Assembly (NCBI GenBank): GCA_051439425.1
Contig: JBFRWD010000103.1
Location: 1 to 64,000 of the forward strand
Source: Synechococcus sp.
GTDB lineage: Bacteria; Cyanobacteriota; Cyanobacteriia; Thermostichales; PCC-7336
Direction of reading: 5' to 3'
Length of the DNA stretch: 64,000 nt
Below the pieces are notes generated by a model that had not been told where the DNA came from, searched no databases, and saw nothing but the letters and a program-made list of their open reading frames with translations. Both the position numbers and the translations under genes were made by a program. Positions 20,145 through 30,360 of the stretch are shown piece by piece (position 1 is the stretch's first letter; each line of letters starts with the position of its first letter).

Positions 20145-21548
20145 GTGATGTCCCTTAGCACCCTAATTGAGGCTGGTGGAGCTGGATTGCTATCTGCGTC
20201 AGAGCATTGGTTCCCTACCATGCTGGCTGCCACTGGAGGAGTTGAAAAGCTATCGCTGGCCGTCGTCGTACTGGAGCTGGCTCTCGTTTATCTGACAGCA
20301 CTCTTGGGTGGCGAACTCTGCCGGCGATTGGGATTTCCATCGTTGTTGGGAGAGTTGCTGGGGGGAGTATTAATCGGTATCTCCGGCTTGCGATTGTTTG
20401 TCCTGCCCAGTCCGGGGGTAACAGCCGACCTCTCCGGACTGGTGAATTGGGTTGCTTGGCTGCATGGAGAAAGCGATGCAGTACGCGAGGTCTTTCTCTT
20501 CCAAGGGGAATTTTTCCGCAACCTAGCGAACGTTGGCGTGTTGGTACTCCTCTTCGAAATCGGGCTGGGGGCCAATCTCAATCAGATGCTGGGGCGTCGA
20601 TCTAAGGTGATCGCGGTGGCCATGATGGGGGTGCTGCTGTCGATGGTCGGCGGCTCTCTGGCCATGAACGCATTTCTTGGCATCGATCTTATCCCCGCTC
20701 TATTTATGGGGGCTGCCCTCAGTGTGACTAGCCTAGGCATTACCCTGCAACTGTTGCAGCAACAGGGAGATTTCACATCAGCCGAAACCCAGGTGATCAT
20801 CGGTGCTGCCATGCTGGATGACATCATTGGCATCATGCTGCTGTCGTTGATCCTGAGCATCTACGAAGAAGGAAGTGCCTCCAGTCTGGATATTTTGCTG
20901 TTGGTGGGGTTAACCTCGGCGGTCTTAGTCGTTGCGATTTTGGCAGGACGATTGTTTAGCTCGCTCTTGCTGTTCCTCAAACAAACGTTGACGACTCCTG
21001 GGCGGGTCATTATTCCGGCGCTGATGTTTGCCTTTGTGTTTGTGCTGATTGCCAGCGGAGCTGGGTTGGTGGAAATTTTGGGGGCGTTTGTGGCTGGACT
21101 GGTGCTGCAGGGAGGGGTGCGCCGGCTGATTGCCAACAGTCTTAAGCCGGTGGTAGACGCTTTCGTTCCGATCTTTTTTGTCTATATCGGAGCGGAAACC
21201 AGTGTGTGGTTACTATTGCCGGGGGGAGGCGATCGCGGCTGGCTCAATCTCGGTCTGGTGGTGTTTTTGAGCGTAATTGCTGTGGTTGCTAAGCTGGCCA
21301 GCGGTTATGCCGTCTCCAGTAAAGAAGGGGTGAATCCGTTAGCGGTGGGGTTGGGGATGATCCCGCGTGGAGAGGTGGGGTTGGTGTTTGCAGAAGTGGG
21401 TCGTATTAGTGGCATCTTAGATCCTGCTTTGTTCAGTATTTTGGTGGTTGTCTCAATCTTCAGTACGCTAGCCACCACTGTGGGGCTATGGTGGCTCAAG
21501 CCCGAACATATCAGCCTGCCCATTGAAGGGCGAGCGCTCGGTCGGTAA
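20145..21548 (+). CDS. Cation:proton antiporter, CPA2 (NhaS3/NapA-like)
   Basis: GELLGG, LLFEIGL, GAAMLDD, ILGAF.AG, PIFFV, GMIPRGEVG. Confidence 0.92.
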   Translation: MMSLSTLIEAGGAGLLSASEHWFPTMLAATGGVEKLSLAVVVLELALVYLTALLGGELCRRLGFPSLLGELLGGVLIGISGLRLFVLPSPGVTADLSGLVNWVAWLHGESDAVREVFLFQGEFFRNLANVGVLVLLFEIGLGANLNQMLGRRSKVIAVAMMGVLLSMVGGSLAMNAFLGIDLIPALFMGAALSVTSLGITLQLLQQQGDFTSAETQVIIGAAMLDDIIGIMLLSLILSIYEEGSASSLDILLLVGLTSAVLVVAILAGRLFSSLLLFLKQTLTTPGRVIIPALMFAFVFVLIASGAGLVEILGAFVAGLVLQGGVRRLIANSLKPVVDAFVPIFFVYIGAETSVWLLLPGGGDRGWLNLGLVVFLSVIAVVAKLASGYAVSSKEGVNPLAVGLGMIPRGEVGLVFAEVGRISGILDPALFSILVVVSIFSTLATTVGLWWLKPEHISLPIEGRALGR

Positions 21549-21565
21549 ATCGAGAAGGGATTGTA

Positions 21566-23002
21566 TTGATGCTCAATTTACCGTTCGTTCTGCCAGCTTT
21601 TGTGTCAGCCGCTGCGGCCTCGCCATGCGGCGCAGTGGCAACCGCGATCGCCGCCGCGAGTCCGGATGAAGCAGGAGAAGTGCTGGAGGTTTTCGACCCC
21701 AGTGTCGTCAATCAACCCATTGTCCAAACCGTTCTACTCAGCCTGTTCGTGATTTATTTGGCCAGTAAAACAGGCGGAGAAATCACCAATCGCTTAGGAC
21801 TGACCTCGATTTTAGGGGAGCTATTGGGGGGGGCAGTCGTCGGGATTTCGTTTCTGGGCTTAGTCGTACTGCCGGGAGAGGGCATTACCGCCAGCAACTC
21901 GCTATTGCTGCAGTTCATTCAGGTTTTTCACACCGATCTCACCCCTGCAGCGGTGGCTGCAATTTTTGAAGCTCAAGGCAAAATTCTCGCCAATTTGTCC
22001 CAACTGGGGGTGATTTTACTGCTGTTCCAGGTGGGGTTGGAATCCAATTTGCGCGAGCTGGTGCGGGTGGCTCCGCAAGCTGCGGTGGTGGTGTTAGTGG
22101 GTATCAGTGCCCCGCTATTTGTGGGGTTAGCAGGCTTGGTATTTCTCTTCAATCAAGACTTGCAGGGGGCTCTATTTGCTGCGGCTGCCCCTACAGCTGT
22201 GAGTATCGGTATTTCTGCCAGCATTTTGACTGACTTGGGAATGCTGAAATCTCCTGAAGGACAGTTGATTGTCGGCGCAGCGGTTCTGGATGACATCACC
22301 GGTATTTTGATTTTGACGGTCATTATTGGGATATCGTCCGGTTCCGGAATTGGTGTGTTCAGCTTGCTGGGGCTTGTCCTGTCTGCAGCTGCCTTTTTAA
22401 TTGGTTCTACCGCTCTCAGCCGCCTGATTGGTTCGTTGTTTGTGGATTTACTCAAACCCATGCGAGTGCGTGGTGGCCTACTGATGCTGTCGTTAGCGTT
22501 TTGCTTTGGACTGGGATTCATTGCCGACACGCTGCGATTGGAGGCCCTCATGGGCGCATTTGCCGCTGGGTTGATTCTCAGCCAAACGGAAGTCCGCAAT
22601 ACCTTAGAACATCAGCTAGAACCAGTGGCGCAGCTACTTGTACCCATTTTCTTCGTAGTCACCGGGGCACGGACGGATTTGCGAGTCATTAATCCGTTGG
22701 CTCCTGGCGGTTGGCAAGTGCTGCTGATGGGATTGTTTTTGGCTGCGATGGTGGCGATTGGTCGGATTGGGGGGGCTCGTATTTTGCCTGCCAAGCAGAA
22801 GATCAACCGGCTAGCAGTAGGGGTGGGGATGCTCCCACTGGGGGAAGTGGCATTGGTCATTGCTGGAGTTGGCGTATCGTCCGGCCAAATGTCATCTCAA
22901 CTCAGCGCCGCTGTTGTCATGGCGATTTTAGTCACGGTTAGTCTGACCCCAATCTGTTTGCGCGCGGTCTTGAGTCAGGAAGCATCTGGCAATCCACTGT
23001 AA
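21566..23002 (+). CDS. Cation:proton antiporter, CPA2, second tandem paralog
   Basis: GELLGG, LLFQVGLES, GAAVLDD, GAFAAG, PIFFV, GMLPLGEV. Confidence 0.92.
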   Translation: MMLNLPFVLPAFVSAAAASPCGAVATAIAAASPDEAGEVLEVFDPSVVNQPIVQTVLLSLFVIYLASKTGGEITNRLGLTSILGELLGGAVVGISFLGLVVLPGEGITASNSLLLQFIQVFHTDLTPAAVAAIFEAQGKILANLSQLGVILLLFQVGLESNLRELVRVAPQAAVVVLVGISAPLFVGLAGLVFLFNQDLQGALFAAAAPTAVSIGISASILTDLGMLKSPEGQLIVGAAVLDDITGILILTVIIGISSGSGIGVFSLLGLVLSAAAFLIGSTALSRLIGSLFVDLLKPMRVRGGLLMLSLAFCFGLGFIADTLRLEALMGAFAAGLILSQTEVRNTLEHQLEPVAQLLVPIFFVVTGARTDLRVINPLAPGGWQVLLMGLFLAAMVAIGRIGGARILPAKQKINRLAVGVGMLPLGEVALVIAGVGVSSGQMSSQLSAAVVMAILVTVSLTPICLRAVLSQEASGNPL

Positions 23003-23080
23003 GGCCTAGAAGCTCAATGCCTTAATTCGTAATGAGAACTGACTGGAAAGCTTTCCATGGCGAATTGCCTAACGGCTATA
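22985..23080 (+). repeat. Dispersed element family 1, degenerate copy F overlapping the antiporter stop
   Basis: TCTGGCAATCCACTGTAAGGCCTAGAA ... TTCCATGGCGAATTGCCTAACGGCTATA. Confidence 0.65.
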
Positions 23081-23203
23081 AGGGGTCAGACTATTCAGAG
23101 GTTCGGGGAAAAACTGCGAAGAGCTTTGAATCTTCAATCGGCTATTCCAGTAGTCCAATGCGCACTTCGCGATCGTGCATTTCCGGAGACTCATGGACTG
23201 TTG

Positions 23204-24658
23204 TTAGTACGTGGGAGCAGTTATCTGCTTCAGTAACTCGTAAAGCGGTTCCCAATTGTCATCGGTGGTGATGGGTTCCCAAACAGATTCGATAACTGGG
23301 CGTGTCGGGACAATCGCCAAGTTATATTTTTCCAACCGAGTTGCTACTGCTTCGCGCTCGTCCACAGATAGAGAGCTGAGTGCAGCCATATATTCGGCTT
23401 GCCATTGTTGGAATAAAGTCGTTTGTTCGTCATCTTGAGGAGCAAGGACAGAGGCGATCGCCATGTCCCCATCACTAGTGCTCCAAGTCGGCTGATAATT
23501 CTCGGCTAGCCAGTGGAAAAAATCTGCGTACTCCACCGAGCTGGCGTCCAAAACCTGCAGCGTCAATCGCACCAAATGTGTTGCTGTAGGCATCGGCAAC
23601 GTCTCGAACCCCAGCTTGTGCAGCATCAGTTGCCGGTAGTGAGCCTGGTAGTGGGTGTCAAACTGGGCCAACGCTACTTCCATATCCCCTGGTGGAATCA
23701 GGTCGGCCAGAGATTTTTGCAGGATCTCCAAATTCAAGCGACAGATATTGGGCTGGTTTTCGTAGCGATAGCGGCCCCAATAGTCAAAATAGGCTGCCGT
23801 AAACTTGGGGTCGTATTTGGCCATAAACGCATACGGGCCATAGTCAAAGCTCTCTCCCGTAATCGACATATTGTCGGTGTTGAGCACTGCGTGACAGAAT
23901 CCTGCCGCCATCCACTGGGCCGCCAACTCCGCCGTTCGCTCCACCAGCGCTAAATAAAAGCTGGAATCGCGATCGTCTTTGCTTTGGCCAGTACCAACCA
24001 GTTCTGGGTAATACGTTCCGATCGCGTGGTCTAGTAGCTGTCTGGCTAAATCAGGCCGATGAATGTGATGCAGGCGTTCAAACGTACCGAAACGGATGTG
24101 CGATCGGCTAAACCGCACCATGACGGTCGATCGTGTCGGCGACGGTTCATCCCCCCGCCACAGCGCCTCCCCGGTTTCGATCACACTGAGGCAGCGAGAC
24201 GTCCGCACTCCCATCGCGTGCAGGGCTTCCGAGGCAATAATTTCGCGCACGCCCCCCTTCAGAGTTAACCGACCATCTCCCCCACGGGAATAGGGCGTCT
24301 GTCCCGACCCCTTCGTGCCGAAGTCATACAGCTCGTCATCGGTGCCGCGCACCTGACCGTAGAGAAATCCGCGACCATCCCCCAGTCTGGGGTTGTACTC
24401 CCCAAATTGATAGCCGTGATAGCGCAGGGCTAAACAGGGTTGCGAGCCTTGGAACTGGCCGAAGGCTTCGACGAATTGGCGATCGCTGACCTCATGTGCC
24501 TCAATCCCCAGTTGCTGCAGCACCGCATGATTGCGCCACCGCAGAATGTACTGCGGAAACGTTGCTGCCTTGACTGGGTCGTAAAACTCATCCCCAAGCG
24601 ATTCGAGGGCGGGGTCGTAGTTGAGTTGAAATAACGGGTTTAGAGTGCGATCGCCCAT
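23204..24658 (-). CDS. selO: Protein adenylyltransferase SelO/YdiU
   Basis: YHGYQFG...LGDGRG, KGSGQTPYSRGGDGR, SHIRFGTFE, FCHAVLNTDNMSITGESFDYGP. Confidence 0.95.
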   Translation of the reverse strand: MGDRTLNPLFQLNYDPALESLGDEFYDPVKAATFPQYILRWRNHAVLQQLGIEAHEVSDRQFVEAFGQFQGSQPCLALRYHGYQFGEYNPRLGDGRGFLYGQVRGTDDELYDFGTKGSGQTPYSRGGDGRLTLKGGVREIIASEALHAMGVRTSRCLSVIETGEALWRGDEPSPTRSTVMVRFSRSHIRFGTFERLHHIHRPDLARQLLDHAIGTYYPELVGTGQSKDDRDSSFYLALVERTAELAAQWMAAGFCHAVLNTDNMSITGESFDYGPYAFMAKYDPKFTAAYFDYWGRYRYENQPNICRLNLEILQKSLADLIPPGDMEVALAQFDTHYQAHYRQLMLHKLGFETLPMPTATHLVRLTLQVLDASSVEYADFFHWLAENYQPTWSTSDGDMAIASVLAPQDDEQTTLFQQWQAEYMAALSSLSVDEREAVATRLEKYNLAIVPTRPVIESVWEPITTDDNWEPLYELLKQITAPTY

Positions 24659-24799
24659 TGAGAATGCAAGGATTGTAAGAATTCAGGAGCTGAGGCTTCA
24701 GTACGCTATCGATATGAGGCTGGCACGACTATGGGGGGAGTGACAGTCAAGTCCTCAGGCGTACGTCCATTCAGTGTTCCACATCATTGAGTTGCCATC

Positions 24800-27361
24800 G
24801 TGTTAGACGACCCACTATTTGCTGGCCATCTGTTTTTTCTGATGTTGTTGGTGATTGCGATTGCCTCGGAAATTACTCTGCGGCGACTGAGGGTGCCGTA
24901 CACCATCGGTTTGGTGGTTGTCGGACTCATATTGGGGTTACTCCTGCCGCAAATGATGGGGGGACAACTGCTGCAGGTGGCTCAAAACGAGACTATCTTT
25001 TTCATCTTTATCCCCATCTTGGTGTTCGAATCCGCCCTCAACATGGACGGTCGCCTACTGATGCGCAACCTATTGCCAGCCTTGCTGCTGGCGGTTCCGG
25101 GGTTGCTGCTGTCAACGGCGATTGTGGCCGCGCTGGTGGTATGGCTGACGCCGCTACCGTTGGGGCAGGCCATCCTGTTTGGGGCGCTGATTTCCGCCAC
25201 CGACCCTGTGGCTGTGATTGCTCTGTTTAAAGAATTGGGAGCCCCGAAGAAACTGACCATCTTAGTTGAAGGGGAGAGCCTGCTCAACGACGCTACAGCG
25301 ATCGTGTTGTTCGAGCTGATCTTGCTGCAAATCGAGCAAGCCCACAATGGTGGAGGTGGCTTTGGGTTGGCCACGATCGCCGGAGGGCTGCAGAGTTTTG
25401 TGGTGGTGTTCTTTGGTGGGGCGATCGTGGGGCTGCTGATGGGCTTGCTCGCGATCCGCTTGATTCCGCTGGAGCGAGGTAACCCGATGGTGCAGGTGGC
25501 GACCTCGGTTGCCGTGGCGTTACTGGCCTTTGTGGTGGCAGAAGATTTCTTGCATGTGTCGGGGGTGATGGCGACGGTTGGGGCCGGACTGGTGGTGGGT
25601 TGGTATCGCGATGTGAAATATTCCCGCGAGGCCCAGACTAGCATTCATCAGTTTTGGGAATTTGCAGCGTTTTTGGCCAACAGCCTGATTTTTTTGTTCT
25701 TGGGGTTAACCCAAGCAGGATTTGTACGCGAACTATTGGCCGAAGGGGTATTGGGCTCGATGGGGGGCACCACTGACCTATTGGGATATGCCGCGGTGGC
25801 GATCGTGGCGGTATTGGTGGCCCGCGGCATTACCATCGCCATTCTGTTCCCCCTACTGCTCAACCGTTTGCCCAAAGCCTCCACTGTAGATTGGCGCTAC
25901 CAACTCACCATTTATTGGGGCGGCCTACGTGGAGCAGTGGGGGTGGCTCTGGCCCTCAGCCTCAACCCAGATTTGGTCGATCGCCGCACCATTGTCGGTC
26001 TCACCCTGGCGGTGGTGTTCTTCACCGCGATCGTCAGCGGAACTACGATTGGCAAGTTAATTCGTCGTCTGCGTCTCAACATTCCCGACCTGATCGATCG
26101 CGTCTTGCACGCCCAAGCGACTTTAGCGGTCAAACAATCTGCCCTCAAACAGGTGGACAGTACGGTACAACCGGGGCACTTTTCCCAGCGATTGCGGCGA
26201 TCGCTACAGCAGCAATACGAACGGGAAGTGAACGAACAAAAAGAGATGCTCAGCACTTTGCGGGCCGATCCGCTCTACAAGCAGCAGGGCATTGATGCTC
26301 AAATGTTGTGGTTGCAGGCATTGAATCTGGAACAAGCGGCCTATCAAGAAACCTACGAGCGCGGTGGGATTTCCGAAGCGGTCATGCAGGAACTCAAGCT
26401 CACCATTGACTTGAAGCGAGATGCCGTCCGGCGAGGACAGATTCCGCCTCCCTCCGAAATTGTCGTGCCCCCCGACCAGCGACTGTTGGAGGCGATCGCC
26501 TCCCTAATCGAAACTCTTGCGCCCAAAAGCAAACTGGCCGAGACACAGCGGTTGCAAGTGCTGGAAACTCGCTATGAATGCGAAGCGGCGATCGCCGATG
26601 TGGCGTCGTATGTGGCGGGAGAAGTTCATCAACATCAAGAATTAGCAAACACTAGCGATGCTGTGGTCAGTCGTTGTCGCAATATCTATCGGGAAATGAG
26701 CATTGCTGCCATGCGCAGTCTGGATCGGATTGCCAAGGACTACCCCGAATACGCCATTTTGCTTCAGAAACGGATGGCGCAAACCACGGCACTTGAGGCG
26801 GAGTTGATGGCATTGAAGACCTTGCAAGAGGAGGGGGATATTCCGCCGATGGTGGCGCAGGAGGTGCGGCACGATGTGGAAACCGAACGCTATAAATTGG
26901 TGCATCAACCTCTCACCGATTTGGATCGCCGTCCTGAAGATGTACTGCGTCATCTCAGCGGCCTGAAGGAGGTGCCGAAGGGGGAATTTAAGCGTTTGGT
27001 AAATCGCCTGAGCTGTCCCAGGGTACTGGCAGGCGAGACGATCTTGGAGTCTGGCCAAGAGAACACTACGTTGTATTTCATCGTGGAAGGGACAGTAGCG
27101 CTGTTTGACGGTGACTGTGCTCCGCGACAACAGGGGGCGCGGAATGCATCCCTACATGCGGGTGAGTTTTTCGGAGAAGAGGCGCTGACGGGAGCTAACC
27201 TCACCTGCCAGTCTGCTGTCGCTATTACGGACTGCCAGTTGTACGAGTTACCGCGATCGCTGTTGCTCAAAGAATTTCCGCAGGTTTGGGAAGCATTACA
27301 GCTGATCCAGATGGAGCCCGATCGCGTTGCCACCACACAAGCGACGTTGCTGTGGCCATAG
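24800..27361 (+). CDS. CPA1 Na+/H+ antiporter with long cytoplasmic tail and cNMP-binding-like domain
   Basis: ISATDPVAV, GESLLNDATAIV, WGGLRGAV; C-terminal LYFIVEGTV...GEFFGEEAL. Confidence 0.92.
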   Translation: MLDDPLFAGHLFFLMLLVIAIASEITLRRLRVPYTIGLVVVGLILGLLLPQMMGGQLLQVAQNETIFFIFIPILVFESALNMDGRLLMRNLLPALLLAVPGLLLSTAIVAALVVWLTPLPLGQAILFGALISATDPVAVIALFKELGAPKKLTILVEGESLLNDATAIVLFELILLQIEQAHNGGGGFGLATIAGGLQSFVVVFFGGAIVGLLMGLLAIRLIPLERGNPMVQVATSVAVALLAFVVAEDFLHVSGVMATVGAGLVVGWYRDVKYSREAQTSIHQFWEFAAFLANSLIFLFLGLTQAGFVRELLAEGVLGSMGGTTDLLGYAAVAIVAVLVARGITIAILFPLLLNRLPKASTVDWRYQLTIYWGGLRGAVGVALALSLNPDLVDRRTIVGLTLAVVFFTAIVSGTTIGKLIRRLRLNIPDLIDRVLHAQATLAVKQSALKQVDSTVQPGHFSQRLRRSLQQQYEREVNEQKEMLSTLRADPLYKQQGIDAQMLWLQALNLEQAAYQETYERGGISEAVMQELKLTIDLKRDAVRRGQIPPPSEIVVPPDQRLLEAIASLIETLAPKSKLAETQRLQVLETRYECEAAIADVASYVAGEVHQHQELANTSDAVVSRCRNIYREMSIAAMRSLDRIAKDYPEYAILLQKRMAQTTALEAELMALKTLQEEGDIPPMVAQEVRHDVETERYKLVHQPLTDLDRRPEDVLRHLSGLKEVPKGEFKRLVNRLSCPRVLAGETILESGQENTTLYFIVEGTVALFDGDCAPRQQGARNASLHAGEFFGEEALTGANLTCQSAVAITDCQLYELPRSLLLKEFPQVWEALQLIQMEPDRVATTQATLLWP

Positions 27362-27452
27362 TCCTTGCCCTCTCCACCTGCTGTAGAACCGCCTGAACTC
27401 TGTCGATACAATTGCGACGGGAGTTCTAGGGCTGCTGCGTACTGGAGAGTGA

Positions 27453-28250
27453 GTGATGGAAATCCTGGCAGGGCTATTGGCGTTGCTAGCCGGATTGACG
27501 GGAGGGGCGGGCTTTGGGGTCGATCGCGTGGTTCGCAATGAGTTGCTGGAACAGCTGGATGAAGCTGACGTTCTGGAAGTGCGGGTGCAGTCTGCCCCCA
27601 ATCTCAAGTTGGTTGCGGGGCGTGCCGATCGCGTGTTGCTGGCCGGTCGTGGTTTGGAGATTCAACCCTATCCCCGTATCGAGCTACTAGAGCTGGAAAC
27701 CGATCCGGTGAATGTGGGGTTTGATGATGGTGATTTGGTGTTGGACAGTCCGCTACGGGCGGCACTGCGATTTTCGATTACAGAAGACGACGTGAATGCC
27801 TCGTTGCAATCGCCAGACATACTGGAACAGTTTCAGGGAATTGAGGCGAATTTGCCGGTGCTTGGAGATCGCGATGGCCCGGAAGTGTTCGATCTGGAAA
27901 ATCCGGCGGTGGAGTTTTTGGGAGGCGATCGCTTGCGGCTGCAGGCCCGCTTGGTGTTGCAAGATGAGTCGGGGAATTCGGATAAGGAGCAAGCCCTAGA
28001 TATTGATTTTGCTTCCCGTGTTGTTGTGGAAGACGGGCAGCGGCTACTGCTAGTTGAACCGGAGATGAGCTTGAACGACCAACCCTTCCCTCCAGAAATT
28101 GCCGATGCCTTTGCGGGTGGGATTAGCCGTGCTTTAGATGTTTCCGAGTTCGAAGAACGGGATATTTTCGTACGTCTGCTCGATCTCGAAATTTCTGAAG
28201 ATGCTTTGTCTGCTGTTGGAATTCTGAAGCTGGAATCCCTAGATTTATAG
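27453..28250 (+). CDS. DUF2993 (LmeA-like) protein
   Basis: N-terminal anchor, LEVRV.SAP..L..G..DRV..AGRG, LELETDP, TEDDVNASL. Confidence 0.8.
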   Translation: MMEILAGLLALLAGLTGGAGFGVDRVVRNELLEQLDEADVLEVRVQSAPNLKLVAGRADRVLLAGRGLEIQPYPRIELLELETDPVNVGFDDGDLVLDSPLRAALRFSITEDDVNASLQSPDILEQFQGIEANLPVLGDRDGPEVFDLENPAVEFLGGDRLRLQARLVLQDESGNSDKEQALDIDFASRVVVEDGQRLLLVEPEMSLNDQPFPPEIADAFAGGISRALDVSEFEERDIFVRLLDLEISEDALSAVGILKLESLDL

Positions 28251-28350
28251 CAATCCGCTGTAAGGTCTGGAGGCTTGAGACCGCGAAAATAATCGATCTT
28301 CTAGGAAAAGTAGCCAGGGACGTCTCCATAGCGGATTGCCAATCGCTATA
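28246..28350 (+). repeat. Dispersed element family 1, copy A (105 bp)
   Basis: TATAGCAATCCGCTGTAAGGTCTGGAG - 51 nt - CTCCATAGCGGATTGCCAATCGCTATA. Confidence 0.85.
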
Positions 28351-28410
28351 GGCTAGGCCAGTCAAGTAATCAGGCAGCCATGCTTCGCATAGCAGTAAGG
28401 ACGACTATTC

Positions 28411-29091
28411 TCAGTTCACTGCCTGAAAATCTGCAGTTACAGTCAAGTTGATATCGGTATCTGGAGGAATGGCGATCGCCTCAGGAGCCGTCACATTACC
28501 CACAACGGCACCCAATGCTGCAGCACCCAAAACCTCTTCAGTTGCAATCGCCCGATCGCCTGTCACAGCAGATAGCACCAGTCCAATTCCGGCCCCAATC
28601 GCGGCATCTTGGGCGATCGCTCCTGCCGACACCTGACGCGGATCGCGCTGAGACTCAATCGTTTGACTTTGGGCTAAGAGAGGGAACGCTCGATCGCCCA
28701 GTACTAGCGAATCGGCAATAAACTGCGTTCCATCTTCCACTGGTTGAAACTGCCCGGTGATTAATGTCCCAGACGGAATGGCCACATTGCCAGAGGCATC
28801 AAATACATCACTGCGAATGTAGAGGGACGCTGCCCGCGTTTCGCGCGGATCGAAATACAGCGTGTCGTCATCCACAAACGTCGCACCCAACGTGTCCCCC
28901 GCCCGTAACAAAGCCGCCTGCAGCGCAAACGGTAGCTCGTTCGATGGCAACGGTTGAGGATTGACCGGTCTCCAGTCCGGCTCGGGAGGTAATTGCGCAA
29001 CCACCGGAACCGCCCGCCCGCTGATACTTACAACAGCGACCACAGCCGCGATCGCGGATTTTGACAGCTGGTTTGCTAAAGAGAACGCCAT
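28411..29091 (-). CDS. Secreted hypothetical protein, beta-rich domain plus glycine zipper
   Basis: Signal peptide; IPSGTLITGQFQP...GTQFIA; GDRAIATEEVLG. Confidence 0.75.
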   Translation of the reverse strand: MAFSLANQLSKSAIAAVVAVVSISGRAVPVVAQLPPEPDWRPVNPQPLPSNELPFALQAALLRAGDTLGATFVDDDTLYFDPRETRAASLYIRSDVFDASGNVAIPSGTLITGQFQPVEDGTQFIADSLVLGDRAFPLLAQSQTIESQRDPRQVSAGAIAQDAAIGAGIGLVLSAVTGDRAIATEEVLGAAALGAVVGNVTAPEAIAIPPDTDINLTVTADFQAVN

Positions 29092-29317
29092 AAACCCGCC
29101 AATCTCACACTGGAAAATAACTGAGCCCGAATCAACAGAGAAACGAATAGATGCTTCCCTAATGCTGAATACACCACTGGGCGTGACCTATGGCCTGACC
29201 CCAAGCGGAGATCGCATCGGTTCCATTAAATCGCTGCACATACTGCCACAGCTATCTCAGCGAGCGTTATTCCTGCTGCCAGTTCCCGCAGAGTTGAAAC
29301 GCGCTTGCCTTCATTCA

Positions 29318-29422
29318 TATCGCAATCCGCTGTAAGGTCTGGAGTGCGGAAACCGCTCAAAGCTTTGATTGGCGAGGGAAAGCGATCGAGAAACTCTCCA
29401 TAGCGGATTGCAGACCTCTATA
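29318..29422 (+). repeat. Dispersed element family 1, copy B (105 bp)
   Basis: TATCGCAATCCGCTGTAAGGTCTGGAG - 51 nt - CTCCATAGCGGATTGCAGACCTCTATA. Confidence 0.85.
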
Positions 29423-29770
29423 AAAGCACAATCGACATGGGTGGGTGTTGCGATCTCTTCTGCCACCACCGATCTAGCCGTTGTGCGATCTTTCAAGCGA
29501 TGGCCAATGCATTAGCCGATAGCTCCCAATAGTTTTAGAAAGATCAATGATTTAACTGCCCAAAAATGATTGTCAAATGCCGGGAAAACTGCTGTAGACA
29601 AGCTATCCACGCCGGTATTGGTGTGCATCTTCCGCCGTTTCTAAAAATTCTGGAAAAGCTCAGAACAGAATCGAGAAAAGGGAATTAAACTCGTTGCACC
29701 CACTGGGTACGAAATGAAGTGGATGATGCATTCTGCACCCAGTGCCCACCCACGGCAGGAGTTGAGGTCA

Positions 29771-30088
29771 ATGGCCGAATACACAGTGCGCTTGGTTAAC
29801 GAAGCAATTGGTTTAGACGTCACGCTAGAGGACGTGGACGAAGATGAATACATTTTGGATGCAGCAGAGTACGAAGAGATAGAGCTGCCGTTCAGTTGTC
29901 GTTCGGGCACCTGCTCCTCTTGCACCGGACGTGTACTGGAAGGGGACGTGGATGACTCTGCCGGTCAGCCCGAGATGTTCTTCAATAAGGATCAGCGGGC
30001 CGCAGGCTTGAGATTGCTATGCATCGGCCGTCCTAAAGGGAATTGCGTGATCGAAACTCATATGGAGCCCAGAATCTCCGAGTTTTAG
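29771..30088 (+). CDS. Plant-type 2Fe-2S ferredoxin
   Basis: YILDAAE, LPFSCRSGTCSSC...LLC; GAGG RBS before ATG 29771. Confidence 0.93.
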   Translation: MAEYTVRLVNEAIGLDVTLEDVDEDEYILDAAEYEEIELPFSCRSGTCSSCTGRVLEGDVDDSAGQPEMFFNKDQRAAGLRLLCIGRPKGNCVIETHMEPRISEF

Positions 30089-30267
30089 GCCCTTCTACTG
30101 AGTGATTGCGAGACTGAGCCGTTCGGCACGACAAGTTCAGCAGCGACTGTCCTAGACATTTCCGGCACTTGCACAGAGCAGAGCACTCCCTTTGCACAAG
30201 CCATGTCTACTTGTCTAGCGACAATCCGACTCGGACGCGCCGAACCCACATCGCACAATTTCCCCAT

Positions 30268-30300
30268 ACGACAGCCCTGACACGTGGCTGTCGTTTTTTT
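30268..30300 (+). terminator. Intrinsic terminator
   Basis: ACGACAGCC-loop-GGCTGTCGT followed by a T run. Confidence 0.7.
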
Positions 30301-30360
30301 GTTCTGTCCCAGTTACATTGCAGTGACATTCACCACTGTGTTAGTGGCGGGACAGGTGTC

